Shown: piece by piece, positions 40,353 to 49,208 of the stretch | Numbering within the stretch: position 1 is the first letter of the stretch | How the letters are laid out: the number at the start of each line of letters is the position of its first letter | From: a virus | Taxonomy: Duplodnaviria > Heunggongvirae > Uroviricota > Caudoviricetes | IMG/VR virus record: IMGVR_UViG_2923159863_000006 | Strand: one strand, 5' to 3' | DNA: 64,000 nucleotides | Translations under genes and position numbers: made by a program | Notes under the pieces: model-generated | Seen by the model: the letters and a program-made list of their open reading frames with translations, nothing else | Told to the model about the DNA's origin: nothing | The model's database searches: none

Positions 40353-40993
40353 GCTGCCTTCTCCCGTAACTTTGCCTCGTACTCGTCGACAAGCAGCTTG
40401 AACGACCACAAGTCGGACTCAAGTTCCTCGATGTAGTCGTCGTCGCGCTTGAACTCTCGCCACCAGAGTTGACGGCCTACAGGCTCCAGCGCAGGGCAGT
40501 ACATGCCGACGTGCCAGAACTTGCGGCCAGTGATCCACATGCATCCTTGAACCTGATCCATGATTCCGCTGGCGTCGTTGTCGATGTGGAAGGCGCGAAG
40601 CTTCTCCGGGGCGAGGAAGCACTTGTACTCGCTGCCGCCATCCTCGCCGATCAGTCCGTCAGCGCTGGCTCCGAACATGCCGTCGTCGGTTGTCACGAAG
40701 CCGGCGCGCTGGATGATCAGGCCTGTCTGAATCTCGTGCTCCATGCGGGCCTCTGGTTCCAGTTCGTGACCACGCTTCATCTGCCAGGTCTCGAATCCTC
40801 CATCTAGCGGCTGCCCGCTGATACGCTCAACGGCCAGCTTGAAGGCGTAATCCAGAGCGGCGGAAGTCGGCTGGCCTTTGTTGGCGCCAGATTTAAGCCT
40901 TGCGCGGGCATCGCCGAACATACTGGCGGTGATGCACCCGGCCCTGGCCTGGTGCCATTCGGGGCTTCCTTGGTCGCAGGTGATAATAATCAT
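40349..40993 (-). CDS. YqaJ-type viral recombinase exonuclease
   Basis: CDQGSPEWHQARAGCITASMF is a classic YqaJ N-terminal motif. Confidence 0.8.
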   Translation of the reverse strand: MIIITCDQGSPEWHQARAGCITASMFGDARARLKSGANKGQPTSAALDYAFKLAVERISGQPLDGGFETWQMKRGHELEPEARMEHEIQTGLIIQRAGFVTTDDGMFGASADGLIGEDGGSEYKCFLAPEKLRAFHIDNDASGIMDQVQGCMWITGRKFWHVGMYCPALEPVGRQLWWREFKRDDDYIEELESDLWSFKLLVDEYEAKLREKAA

Positions 40994-41739
40994 TTCTCTG
41001 TCCCCTCAAGAGCCTTGCCACGTTCGGCCGCAGCCGCTTTAACGCGCTCATAGCCAGTCGTGTCGCCGGCCGCGCGAAGCACCCCGACAGCCGCCTTCCA
41101 GATCGCGGCGAGTTCGTCCTTATCCTTGGCCTCGTCAATGCGCTCCAGAATGTCGATAACGACCTGCTGATCCAGAGCGGGCTGCTGCGATACGGCGTTG
41201 AACGCGTCATCGTCTTCGCCGTGGGTTGTGTAGTTGAGCAGGGCGCCTGCTGTGTAGCGCTTGCCGTAGCTGACCGAACTGGCCACGGCCTGGACGGCGT
41301 TCTTGTTGCCGCTGGTGTCTGCCGGAAGCAGCATCGAGGTGCGCTCGCTGTGACCGCCGCGGTGACTGAGGACGCCTTCAACTTCGACGCCTTTCTCATT
41401 GCGCGGGGTGCGGAATGTCAGGGCAAATCCGTGCTTGGCCAGGATCGGCTTTAGGCGCTCGTTGATGTCCTCCCAGAGCGCGTAGCTGTAGCGGCCATTC
41501 GCGTCTCCACGCTCCGCAATTGCGGGCAGTTCTTGCTGCATTGCAGCTAGCGCCTCGGTGTACTGCTGCTCTGCCTGTCTGGCCTGGAATCGCTCGTGCA
41601 TCTGCATCAGGCGCTCCATCTTCTCGATGTCGCACTGAGGGTCTGCGGCGGCGCGCTGGATAACTTGGAGGATGGTGGCCGACTCTCCGGCCTGAATTAC
41701 GGCAGCACTTTCATGCCGCTGTGCAATGGAGTTGCTCAT
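40990..41739 (-). CDS. erf: ERF-family single-strand annealing protein
   Basis: YSYALWEDINERLKPILAKHGFAL and ASSVSYGKRYTAGALL align with P22 Erf (YKYRSCEDILEGVKPLL..., ATSSYARKYCLNGLF). Confidence 0.7.
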   Translation of the reverse strand: MSNSIAQRHESAAVIQAGESATILQVIQRAAADPQCDIEKMERLMQMHERFQARQAEQQYTEALAAMQQELPAIAERGDANGRYSYALWEDINERLKPILAKHGFALTFRTPRNEKGVEVEGVLSHRGGHSERTSMLLPADTSGNKNAVQAVASSVSYGKRYTAGALLNYTTHGEDDDAFNAVSQQPALDQQVVIDILERIDEAKDKDELAAIWKAAVGVLRAAGDTTGYERVKAAAAERGKALEGTEK

Positions 41740-41747
41740 GATGGGCC

Positions 41748-42812
41748 TCAGTAGTTGATTGTGATGTGAGGAACCTTGCGCTGAGCGATCAGTGTGATCG
41801 CCTGCTTGGCGCATTCCTCGGGCATGCCGCCGGCGATCAGGGCCGCCAGGGCTTCGTTGTTGATGGCTTTCTTGTGGGCCTTGTCGGCTTCTCGGGCTGC
41901 TGCCTCGCGCTCGATCCTGGCTTGCTCGTCTGCCTGCCGTTGGCGCTCTGCGGCAGCGGCTTCTTCGGCGCGCCGCTGTGCATCACGCTCAGCCTGCTCG
42001 GCGCGCTGCTGTGCTTCCAACTTCTCGCGCTCCGCCTTCTCGGCAGCGAGTCGCAGTTCCAGTTCCCGGCGCTCTGCGGCAGCCTTTGCCTCGGTTTCGC
42101 GGCGAGCGGCGGCTTCGCGTTCTTCCTGGGCGCGTCGTTCCGCTGCCAGGCGCTCGGCCTCGGCTGCTTCGCGGGCAATGCGTTCCTCGCGCTCTTTCTG
42201 CTCGCGAGCAGCAGCTTCGGCGCGCAGTCGCTCCAGCTCGGCCTGCTCGGCTTCATACTTCTCGCGTGCAACGAGGGCTTCGCGCAGCGCGGCCAGGGCC
42301 TTATCCTTGGTGCGGGCGGCCTCGGTTTCGAACTCTTCCCAGTCTGCGCCAATGGATAGGCCTTCCAGCCATTCAATGTTGGCTTTCAACTCGGTCGAAT
42401 CTAGGTCTCGGCATTCCAGGCGCAGGTTGATCTGATCGATGCCGGCCTGGTGTTTGGCCTTGCGCATTTCCTCGCGCTGCTCCCACTCCGTTAGGGGCTG
42501 GCGTACCTCTGCCTGCCAGGAGTCCAGCAGGTCACGCATGCGCTTACGCTCGGCGTCGACCTTCTTCGGCACTTCCTTCAGCTCGGCGACCAGTTCCTTA
42601 CCTACGTTGTCCAGCGCCGTCTTGGAGCGGGCTACCTTGTAGGCGATGGAGGCGATGGCCTCTCTGCCCTTGCGGGTAGTGACGTCTGGCACGAAGCCGT
42701 CGATCTCTTCGCGAATCTTGGCCAGGAACGGGTCAAGGCCATTGGCGGCCGAGTAGACTTGGAGGGCGGTTTCTTTGGCCGGCACTTCGACCAGTTGGGT
42801 TTCTGCGGACAT
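41748..42812 (-). CDS. Coiled-coil phage protein (E/A/R-rich repeat core, conserved termini)
   Basis: Low-complexity AEERRA repeats. Antisense ORFs in this span are artefacts. Confidence 0.5.
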   Translation of the reverse strand: MSAETQLVEVPAKETALQVYSAANGLDPFLAKIREEIDGFVPDVTTRKGREAIASIAYKVARSKTALDNVGKELVAELKEVPKKVDAERKRMRDLLDSWQAEVRQPLTEWEQREEMRKAKHQAGIDQINLRLECRDLDSTELKANIEWLEGLSIGADWEEFETEAARTKDKALAALREALVAREKYEAEQAELERLRAEAAAREQKEREERIAREAAEAERLAAERRAQEEREAAARRETEAKAAAERRELELRLAAEKAEREKLEAQQRAEQAERDAQRRAEEAAAAERQRQADEQARIEREAAAREADKAHKKAINNEALAALIAGGMPEECAKQAITLIAQRKVPHITINY

Positions 42813-43131
42813 GATTTCTCCGATCCGCCCGAGGGCAGAGATTGAAAGGGAAGGGGAAAAGCGCTTACGGCGCCACTCGGCAGCGTCACCCCTGCGGGAT
42901 GAATAGCGTTGCGCTAGAAGCCGCTGCTGCGGGTGTTTTCTTCATGCCGCCCACCGCCCGCTGGGGAAGCCGCAGTTATCCGGATTACCGGCCTGCTGCG
43001 GACAGGTGCGTAGCTTCTGCGGTGATGATGCCTCCCCAGATCGGGCCGGCTGCCAGGATGAAGAGGTACAGCAGGCCGACGAAGAGGCTGCCTAGCCAGA
43101 TTGCTGTTCGACGAGTTCTCATGCTGCCTCC

Positions 43132-43809
43132 TTATGCGAGCGCAAGAAGCACCAGTGCTGTCGCAGCCACGATTGGAATTTGGCCATTTCCAGTGGACTT
43201 GAATCGCTCCATCCTTCTGGCCATCCAATTAGCCACTCTTGGTTCTCCGGGCTTGGCCTGCCAAACGCCATGACGAAAGCCCGAGCTGAAGGCCATTTCT
43301 GCATTGATTGCGCGGCGTAGTTGGCTTTTGTCGTCGGCGTATGCAAGTAGCCAATGTCTTTCCCGAATGTGGTCACCACCCAGGTCAGACGCTCCAAGGG
43401 AAATGGCTTGGGTGCGGTAACCCATAGCCCGACAGTCTTCGGCGGCATATTCGATTGCGACTTCCGAAACGTTTTCGGCGAAGACGTACCAGGGAGCAAC
43501 ATCTGCCACGACTCTCCGCATCTCCGGCCAAAGGTCTTCAGCGTTGTTTCGTCCAGAAGGGGCAGTGCTGTACTTCTGGCAGGGAAATCCTCCAGATACG
43601 AGTCCAGCTCTTCCGCGGTAGGGTCTTCCATCAAACGTTCGGATGTCACTGAAGATTGGGAAGTGTGGAACTGCTCCGTCTCTCTGACGCTGAGTGAGCA
43701 CCCTTCTTGAGTGTGCTCTGTACTCAACAGCGCCGATGCACCGGATGCCGAGCAGCATTGATGCGAGCAGTCCTCCCCCGTCGCCAGTGAAGAGTGATAG
43801 CTCATTCAT
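43132..43809 (-). pseudogene. Orphan DNA cytosine-5 methyltransferase with two compensating frameshifts
   Basis: Motif I FTGDGGGL, motif IV GGFPCQ, motif VI ENV and motif X GNGQIPIV lie in one frame. Motif IX (ENQEWLIGWPEGWS) lies only in the overlapping ORF at 43119-43805. Confidence 0.6.
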
Positions 43810-43928
43810 CTGTCCTCCTCATAGCCCGGCTACCTCAACAAACGCCACGGCGAACATGAACACGCTGCCCACAAAAAAGCCGCCGAAGATCAGGACTTGG
43901 GCGGCCTTGGTCAGGTCTATGGTGATGG

Positions 43929-44228
43929 TCATGGCGTGCGCTCCATTGCGGAATCGATGGCCTGATCTGCGCGGATGCTTTCTCTTTCATCAGGTGGCAA
44001 ACCGAAGTTGATGAAGTCAGATTGAGCCAACTCAATCGCCTCGACAGTTAGGATGTCGCGCGCATGACGCCAGCGCTTAGCGTCGACCTCAGCAGCGCGC
44101 AGGCGGGCGATAAGACCGCGCAGTTCTCCCATGGTGATTGCTGCGTCTTCGTCGCCAAGGTAGGCGGTATGCTGCGAATACCCTTCCAACTCCGCCAACT
44201 CCTCATCACTGATCGGTTGCACGGTCAT
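43929..44228 (-). CDS. Hypothetical (99 aa)
   Basis: ORF. Confidence 0.35.
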   Translation of the reverse strand: MTVQPISDEELAELEGYSQHTAYLGDEDAAITMGELRGLIARLRAAEVDAKRWRHARDILTVEAIELAQSDFINFGLPPDERESIRADQAIDSAMERTP

Positions 44229-44791
44229 TTCCCTTCCTCCTGGCGGCGGTAGCCGGCGTCGTAGAGAACGCGGCAGAAGTCGGCGCGAGACATCATTCCG
44301 CCGCGATCCTGGCCATGCGGGTACTCATCGAGCGCCAACATCTCCTGCACGGCCTTCTCCCGCTCCTCGGCGGCGATCTGTTCGGGGGTGCGGAGTGGGC
44401 GGAACTCGTCTACCCAGGCCGGCTTCGTGTTCTCGGCGTCGTAGACCAGGCATTCACGCTCGGCACCAGGAATCCCGGCGACTGCCACGATCACGCGACG
44501 CCAGTGGTAGTGCGTGCCAGTGGTATCTGTCACAGTAAAGTTGGCCTCGACCTCGGTGCCCACCGGCGGCAGGCCCTGGCCGTTCCAGGCCTCTTGCGGT
44601 CTAGCCTCGAATGTCGCCTCACGCTCTGCGGACACATTGCAGGAAAGCTTCCCTTGGAACCATCTTTTGGTTCCTTCGCCCCAATAAAACCATTCATTCC
44701 CTTCTTTCTTCATCCAGCCTTCATTGAAACTAGGTCCACTCGGCTCCCAATGAGTCGCACCCTCCGGTGCCTTGCTCCAGTCAATGCTCAT
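44225..44791 (-). CDS. Hypothetical (188 aa)
   Basis: ORF. Confidence 0.4.
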   Translation of the reverse strand: MSIDWSKAPEGATHWEPSGPSFNEGWMKKEGNEWFYWGEGTKRWFQGKLSCNVSAEREATFEARPQEAWNGQGLPPVGTEVEANFTVTDTTGTHYHWRRVIVAVAGIPGAERECLVYDAENTKPAWVDEFRPLRTPEQIAAEEREKAVQEMLALDEYPHGQDRGGMMSRADFCRVLYDAGYRRQEEGK

Positions 44792-45153
44792 ACTCGCCTC
44801 TCCCTAACCAGCTTCTCAGCGTTCTCGATAAGCGTGGATTCGAATGCGCGGAACCAGATGCGTTGGGCCAGTTCCAGGTCGCCACGGCGGACGGCTAGGA
44901 GTAGCTGAGTCATCGGGCATTCTTTGCTGTCGACTTCCGCTAGCCACTCCGGGACGAATCCGGCGAATCCGTAGACGGTGAAGTCAGGCCCGGAAAAGGC
45001 CCGCTGCCGCTTGTCATGGAACGGAACGCAATCACCGTCCTCGCAGTTCAATAGCTTGCCGACTTGCTCAGTAACATACTCGCTGTCGCCGTCATCGTCG
45101 GGCGGTAGCGCGTTGTCCCAGCGCTCCTGGGCGTATTTCAATGCGGTGTTCAT
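44788..45153 (-). CDS. Hypothetical (121 aa)
   Basis: ORF. Confidence 0.4.
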   Translation of the reverse strand: MNTALKYAQERWDNALPPDDDGDSEYVTEQVGKLLNCEDGDCVPFHDKRQRAFSGPDFTVYGFAGFVPEWLAEVDSKECPMTQLLLAVRRGDLELAQRIWFRAFESTLIENAEKLVRERRV

Positions 45154-45452
45154 GACTTCCTCTCCATACCATCATCGTGGTAATAGATATGTTTCCCAGG
45201 ATCGAGCTTCGTTGATCGGAAGAGACGAGCAAGGTTCTCTAAATGAAGAGCCGCTGTTTCAAGAAACTCTTCTCGATCCTGATCAATATCGGAGATCAGT
45301 TCAGAAAGAAATGTCTCTCTAATACACTCTTTGCGTGGCATGTAGTTGAGGACTCTGTAGTCAATGATTGGGCTAGACTCGTCATCCTCGTCTTTGTGGA
45401 TTGGCCAAATTTGGAGCGGAAGATTGAATGCCCAGTACATCGAATTCTTCAT
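45150..45452 (-). CDS. Hypothetical low-GC (approx. 45 percent) acidic protein (100 aa)
   Basis: Compositional outlier in the early operon. Confidence 0.4.
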   Translation of the reverse strand: MKNSMYWAFNLPLQIWPIHKDEDDESSPIIDYRVLNYMPRKECIRETFLSELISDIDQDREEFLETAALHLENLARLFRSTKLDPGKHIYYHDDGMERKS

Positions 45453-46029
45453 GTCTCACCTCGCGGTCGCGTGCATGCGGCAGCGTTCCGAATCGCTGTC
45501 GTCATACAGGCGAAAAAATGCCCGGACTTGCCGGGCTAATGAGGGGGAGGGTGGGGATGGCCGGCGATGAATCCGGCTTTCGGTGTGGCACTGATTCCGA
45601 GCTTGTACGGCTACGCCGCGCATACCACCTATCACTGCGCCGAAGCGGCTTACGTTTCGATCTCGCTGCGGATCATCACTCCGCTATACATCCCCATTGA
45701 AGGGTGGCGTCATTGCGGGGGAAGTCAGTCGTGGCGCTCGGTATATGATCCCCAAGCTGCCTCTTGTTCGAACCACTCGCCTTCGGCCATCTTCTCGGGC
45801 CAGCCAGGCGCGCCCTGGTTCTGAAGCCAAAAGCTGGCAAAGCGCTCAAGCTCAGCCTTGCGTTGCTCAACGTACTTGAGCACTGTGATTTGTTCGCTCA
45901 TCTTGCCTCCAGTGTGTATGCGCCAGGGCGCGGTTATGCGGTGGCCTTGTCGATTGCGGCATTCATCAGTTCATGAATGGCGTCGTACTCCTTAACCGAT
46001 TCAGGCGAGAGGAAGCCCGATCCGCTTGG

Positions 46030-46263
46030 CTAGACGACATCCCACAAACGAGCGTACAGGCGCGAGAAGGCTTGGCACGCCTCCAGAAGCTCAGGCGCCG
46101 CAGCCATCAGGCGGGCGTTTGCAATCGACATAGCAACGTCTTCAGCTATGTTTTGCGGGGTCGGCGAGGCGGCATTGACGTTTGAACAGATACACTTTTT
46201 CCCACCGAAGACCATGTTATTTCGAGACACCCAAGGCCCCGGCGTATGCGATTGCTTGCTCAT
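46030..46263 (-). CDS. Hypothetical; probably frameshifted near its 3' end
   Basis: Protein-like continuation (..SPESVKEYDAIHELMNAAIDKATA) in the adjacent frame. Confidence 0.3.
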   Translation of the reverse strand: MSKQSHTPGPWVSRNNMVFGGKKCICSNVNAASPTPQNIAEDVAMSIANARLMAAAPELLEACQAFSRLYARLWDVV

Positions 46264-46597
46264 TCTGTTCTCCTGCCTGTCAGGCGTCTTGCGGTTGAAT
46301 AGGGCGACGCTTCAAACGGATCGGCAAAAACATCGTCAGAAGCAGAATTCCCCACATTGCAGCGAACTCAAAAAGGGTTGGCATGGATTCCTCTCTTGCC
46401 CGGGGGCTGGTAATTGGCTGTATGGGGGAGTGGTCTGGCCGGTGCTGATCTCCGGCGTAGCTGGAAGCTTCGATGGCATAAAGCCAACCCTTCACCGTCC
46501 AACCCAGTCGTCTGTGACGCACCTACGCTACAGCTATGCGCTCAGACCACTCTCCGATACAGCCATAAGGCTGGTGTTCGTTGATGCCCCGGCGAAC

Positions 46598-46655
46598 CGG
46601 GGCGTGTTGACTTCTTCGATGCCCCTCTTGCGAAGGGCATCTGAGAAATCGTTTA
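46598..46655. repeat. 58-bp direct repeat, copy 1, containing a TTGACT box and a GATGCCC/GGGCATC hairpin
   Basis: Matches 47307-47364 with one mismatch. Confidence 0.7.
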
Positions 46656-46664
46656 TTCATGGGT

Positions 46665-46850
46665 TTATGCTGAGTAGAGATACCAAGGGTTTAAACCGTC
46701 CTTGTGTCTCCAGATGAATCGGTCAAGCTCATGCGAACATGGCGGTTTGAAAATGCAGATATTCCCGTCGACTTTCTCGCACCAACCGATCAGCTCGCCG
46801 GCTGGCTTGGTCATGTGCTGCTCACTGGCGAAGATGCGGCAGCCCCGCAT
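46665..46850 (-). CDS. Small Cys-rich protein (approx. 61 aa), low GC
   Basis: Cassette gene 3. CEKVDGNICIFKPPC. Confidence 0.3.
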   Translation of the reverse strand: MRGCRIFASEQHMTKPAGELIGWCEKVDGNICIFKPPCSHELDRFIWRHKDGLNPWYLYSA

Positions 46851-46870
46851 CGGCTTGAAGAATTGGTACC

Positions 46871-47077
46871 TCACGCGTGCATCCGCACGGTGATGTAGCC
46901 GTTGCTGGCAACAACGTGGTCCCATCGGTTGAACCAGATGAGGTCGCCGAACTTCTTCATGGCGGCCTGGCGTACCTTGATCAGCACGTCATCCGGTGTC
47001 TCGTTGCCTTCCGGCAGGGCAATCCAGTCCAGGCGCTTGCCGTTGCTCAGGTGCGCATCGACATTGAATTGAGCCAT
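46871..47077 (-). CDS. Small hypothetical protein (approx. 68 aa)
   Basis: Cassette gene 2. Confidence 0.3.
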   Translation of the reverse strand: MAQFNVDAHLSNGKRLDWIALPEGNETPDDVLIKVRQAAMKKFGDLIWFNRWDHVVASNGYITVRMHA

Positions 47078-47087
47078 TTCAGTCTCC

Positions 47088-47294
47088 TTACCAGGGTTTC
47101 CCAGCGTTGATGTATGCGTTTCCTGCGAGTTGCGTGAGCGCAACTAGCTCCATCGAATCGATCTCACCGCCGTAGTACAGGCCGCGCAGCATTCCAACCG
47201 TTTCGTGGTACTCAATGCGCGCCTCGCGATCGTCTTTCTCCTTTCGGAGGATCCGAAGTTCCTGGCGTACAGCAAGTAAGGATTTTTCATTCAT
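47088..47294 (-). CDS. Small hypothetical protein (68 aa)
   Basis: Cassette gene 1. Confidence 0.3.
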   Translation of the reverse strand: MNEKSLLAVRQELRILRKEKDDREARIEYHETVGMLRGLYYGGEIDSMELVALTQLAGNAYINAGKPW

Positions 47295-47306
47295 TTTCTG
47301 CTCCTC

Positions 47307-47364
47307 CAGGGCGTGTTGACTTCCTCGATGCCCCTCTTGCGAAGGGCATCTGAGAAATCGTTTT
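47307..47364. repeat. 58-bp direct repeat, copy 2
   Basis: See 46598-46655. Confidence 0.7.
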
Positions 47365-47665
47365 CCCCTTTCGGGGCCGGTCGATCCCGCTTGATGCTTT
47401 CGCCTTGCGGGGCCGGGGAGGGTTTCGCGTCCTCCGTGCTAGCCGGTGAGTCTCCGGCTTGTTGCCGCGGTGTTCTGCGGCGTTGAGGTAAATCTACAAC
47501 CCAAAGTTACAGAGCGCAAGGGTTTCAGGTGTAAAAATTTAGAATAAAAGTTGTTGATCATAGAATTCAGTAACTTACGGTTGTTTCCATGGGCGAACGA
47601 AGCCGACCAGCGGCTGAATGCCACTACCAGAAATAAGGTTTTACAAAGGCGTTTCGGTCAGACAG

Positions 47666-47697
47666 GCAAGAAAAAGCCCCATTCAAGGGGCTTGTTC
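47666..47697 (-). terminator. Rho-independent terminator of cI
   Basis: agcccc-attcaa-ggggct hairpin with a T5 tract on the minus strand immediately after the cI stop. Confidence 0.55.
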
Positions 47698-47698
47698 G

Positions 47699-48406
47699 TT
47701 ACCAGAGGGCTGATGACCAGAAGACTCTACCAAGGACTCGGATCTCTTGGCTCACCATTTCCTGATGTGTGTACTCTTCGTCCGGGTGCTCATCGCTGTT
47801 ATAGCTGCGAACGCGAATGCCGCCGCCTGGGAGGCGGTACAACACCTTCACTCTGAGTTCTCCGCCGTGGTCGAGAGCATACATCTTGCCATCGACCACG
47901 ACAGTGCTTCCCTGGTCTATTCCTACGGTGCTCCCATCAGGCAACACTGGCTCCATGCTGTTACCACTTACGGTCACGCATACAGCATCTGATGGGTCTA
48001 CCTGTTGTTGTCGTAGTGTCAGCTTTCCAAAACGAAGCTTCCTGCTAGAGGACTGCTGTATTGCGGTCCTGCCGCTACCAGCAGAAAGCTCTACTTCCTT
48101 GAGAAAAGGCACGTAAACCTCGTCGTTCTCTAGAGGTGTTTCATCGTCCCAAACGTCCATCGGGCCAAGGAGCTGGGCGTTACTGATGGGGCCTCGAGCT
48201 TTAGGCTCTTCTCCAGAGAATAGATAGGAGGCAGTTGTATTCAAATTGAATGCTATCTCTTCCAGCCGCTTCCCACGCGGTGTAGAGACCTCAGATTCCC
48301 ATTTCTGAACGGCCTGGGGCGAAACCCCTAGGCGCCGTGCTAGCTCGGACTGGTTCAGGCCTGCTTCTTCGCGTTTGCGCGCAATGCGCTTTCCTATCGT
48401 GCTCAT
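47699..48406 (-). CDS. cI: CI-like repressor (XRE HTH plus S24 LexA-like peptidase), approx. 235 aa
   Basis: LNQSELARRLGVSPQAVQKWE HTH. C-terminal S24 region (GNSMEP, Ser/Lys dyad). The listed ORF's N-terminal extension to 48637 is probably artefactual. Confidence 0.8.
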   Translation of the reverse strand: MSTIGKRIARKREEAGLNQSELARRLGVSPQAVQKWESEVSTPRGKRLEEIAFNLNTTASYLFSGEEPKARGPISNAQLLGPMDVWDDETPLENDEVYVPFLKEVELSAGSGRTAIQQSSSRKLRFGKLTLRQQQVDPSDAVCVTVSGNSMEPVLPDGSTVGIDQGSTVVVDGKMYALDHGGELRVKVLYRLPGGGIRVRSYNSDEHPDEEYTHQEMVSQEIRVLGRVFWSSALW

Positions 48407-48512
48407 GCAGAAATGATGCAACCAGCGGTTGTAGAAATCATTGTGAATTTGAGTTGTAGTCAGGCGCGGCATGCGATAACCTCTAGTTGTAACTGTAACT
48501 TTGAGGTTCACC
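48407..48512. promoter_or_regulatory. Divergent cI/cro promoter-operator region
   Basis: Repeated AGTTGTA half-sites (gttgtagaaatcat, gagttgtagtc, tagttgtaactgtaac). Confidence 0.4.
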
Positions 48513-48716
48513 ATGGAAGAGCACCCGATCTGTAAGGCAGTCAAGGCTGCCGGCGGCCAGTCCGCCCTGGCTCGCATCCTCAACGTCACTCCCCAGGCAG
48601 TGCAGAAGATGTGTGCTTTTGGGCGGGTGCCTGCCAAGCGAGTCCTCGAAATTGAGAAGGCTACTGGCGTTTCTCGCCATGAGCTTCGCCCCGACCTTTA
48701 CCCGTTAGCCGCATAA
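48513..48716 (+). CDS. cro: Cro-like HTH protein
   Basis: GGQSALARILNVTPQAVQKM HTH. Divergent from cI. Confidence 0.6.
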   Translation: MEEHPICKAVKAAGGQSALARILNVTPQAVQKMCAFGRVPAKRVLEIEKATGVSRHELRPDLYPLAA

Positions 48717-48729
48717 GGAAATCCACCAG

Positions 48730-48918
48730 ATGTACGACGACCCTCGTCACCGCAATACCAACGAGACAAAGCTCCGCCTCGACGATGACTACGAGGCATT
48801 TCTTCGTGACCTCGCTCGGATTCATCGCACGCAAAAAGGCGTGATTGTTCGTGCGGTGATGAAGGAGTGGATCGACGAAATGAGGGCACAGCTTACCGCG
48901 AACACTGATGCGGCCTGA
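48730..48918 (+). CDS. Hypothetical small regulator (62 aa)
   Basis: ORF in the cII position. Confidence 0.3.
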   Translation: MYDDPRHRNTNETKLRLDDDYEAFLRDLARIHRTQKGVIVRAVMKEWIDEMRAQLTANTDAA

Positions 48919-48936
48919 AGGCCCGAAGGAGGGCCT

Positions 48937-49134
48937 ATGGGCACTGATGATGGGCTGGCTCTCGAATCTCTGCTGAGTGAGGAAGACCTCAGATTCTTGA
49001 AGGATCTGGCAGCAGAGAGAGGGGTAACACCGCAAGAACTGGCTAAGCAGGGAATTCAATCCCTGATCGTCAGAAAGACAAGACCAAAGCTGATGCCAGT
49101 CTCTGGAGAGATAAGGCAGTTCAAGCTGAGATGA
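48937..49134 (+). CDS. Hypothetical (65 aa)
   Basis: ORF. Confidence 0.3.
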   Translation: MGTDDGLALESLLSEEDLRFLKDLAAERGVTPQELAKQGIQSLIVRKTRPKLMPVSGEIRQFKLR

Positions 49135-49208
49135 CTGGCCGGAATAGGCCCTTAGAAAAGAAAAAGCCGGGATTACGGCCCGGCTGATTCAACTACAGAA
49201 CGGAAACG

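Noticed and set aside
41766-42435. Several 150-210 aa ORFs on both strands within the coiled-coil gene
   Set aside because: Products of the repetitive GCN/GAR codon run of 41748-42812 read in other frames.
42632-42889. 85-aa minus-strand ORF
   Set aside because: It overlaps the coiled-coil gene's 5' end in another frame and has a Pro/Ser/Lys-rich spurious composition.
43119-43805. Second 228-aa ORF fully overlapping the methyltransferase
   Set aside because: Not an independent gene. It carries motif IX of the same methyltransferase and is a frameshift product.
48407-48637. N-terminal 77-aa extension of the cI ORF
   Set aside because: The extension lacks homology and would bury the operator region. 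The HTH begins at the internal Met (48406).
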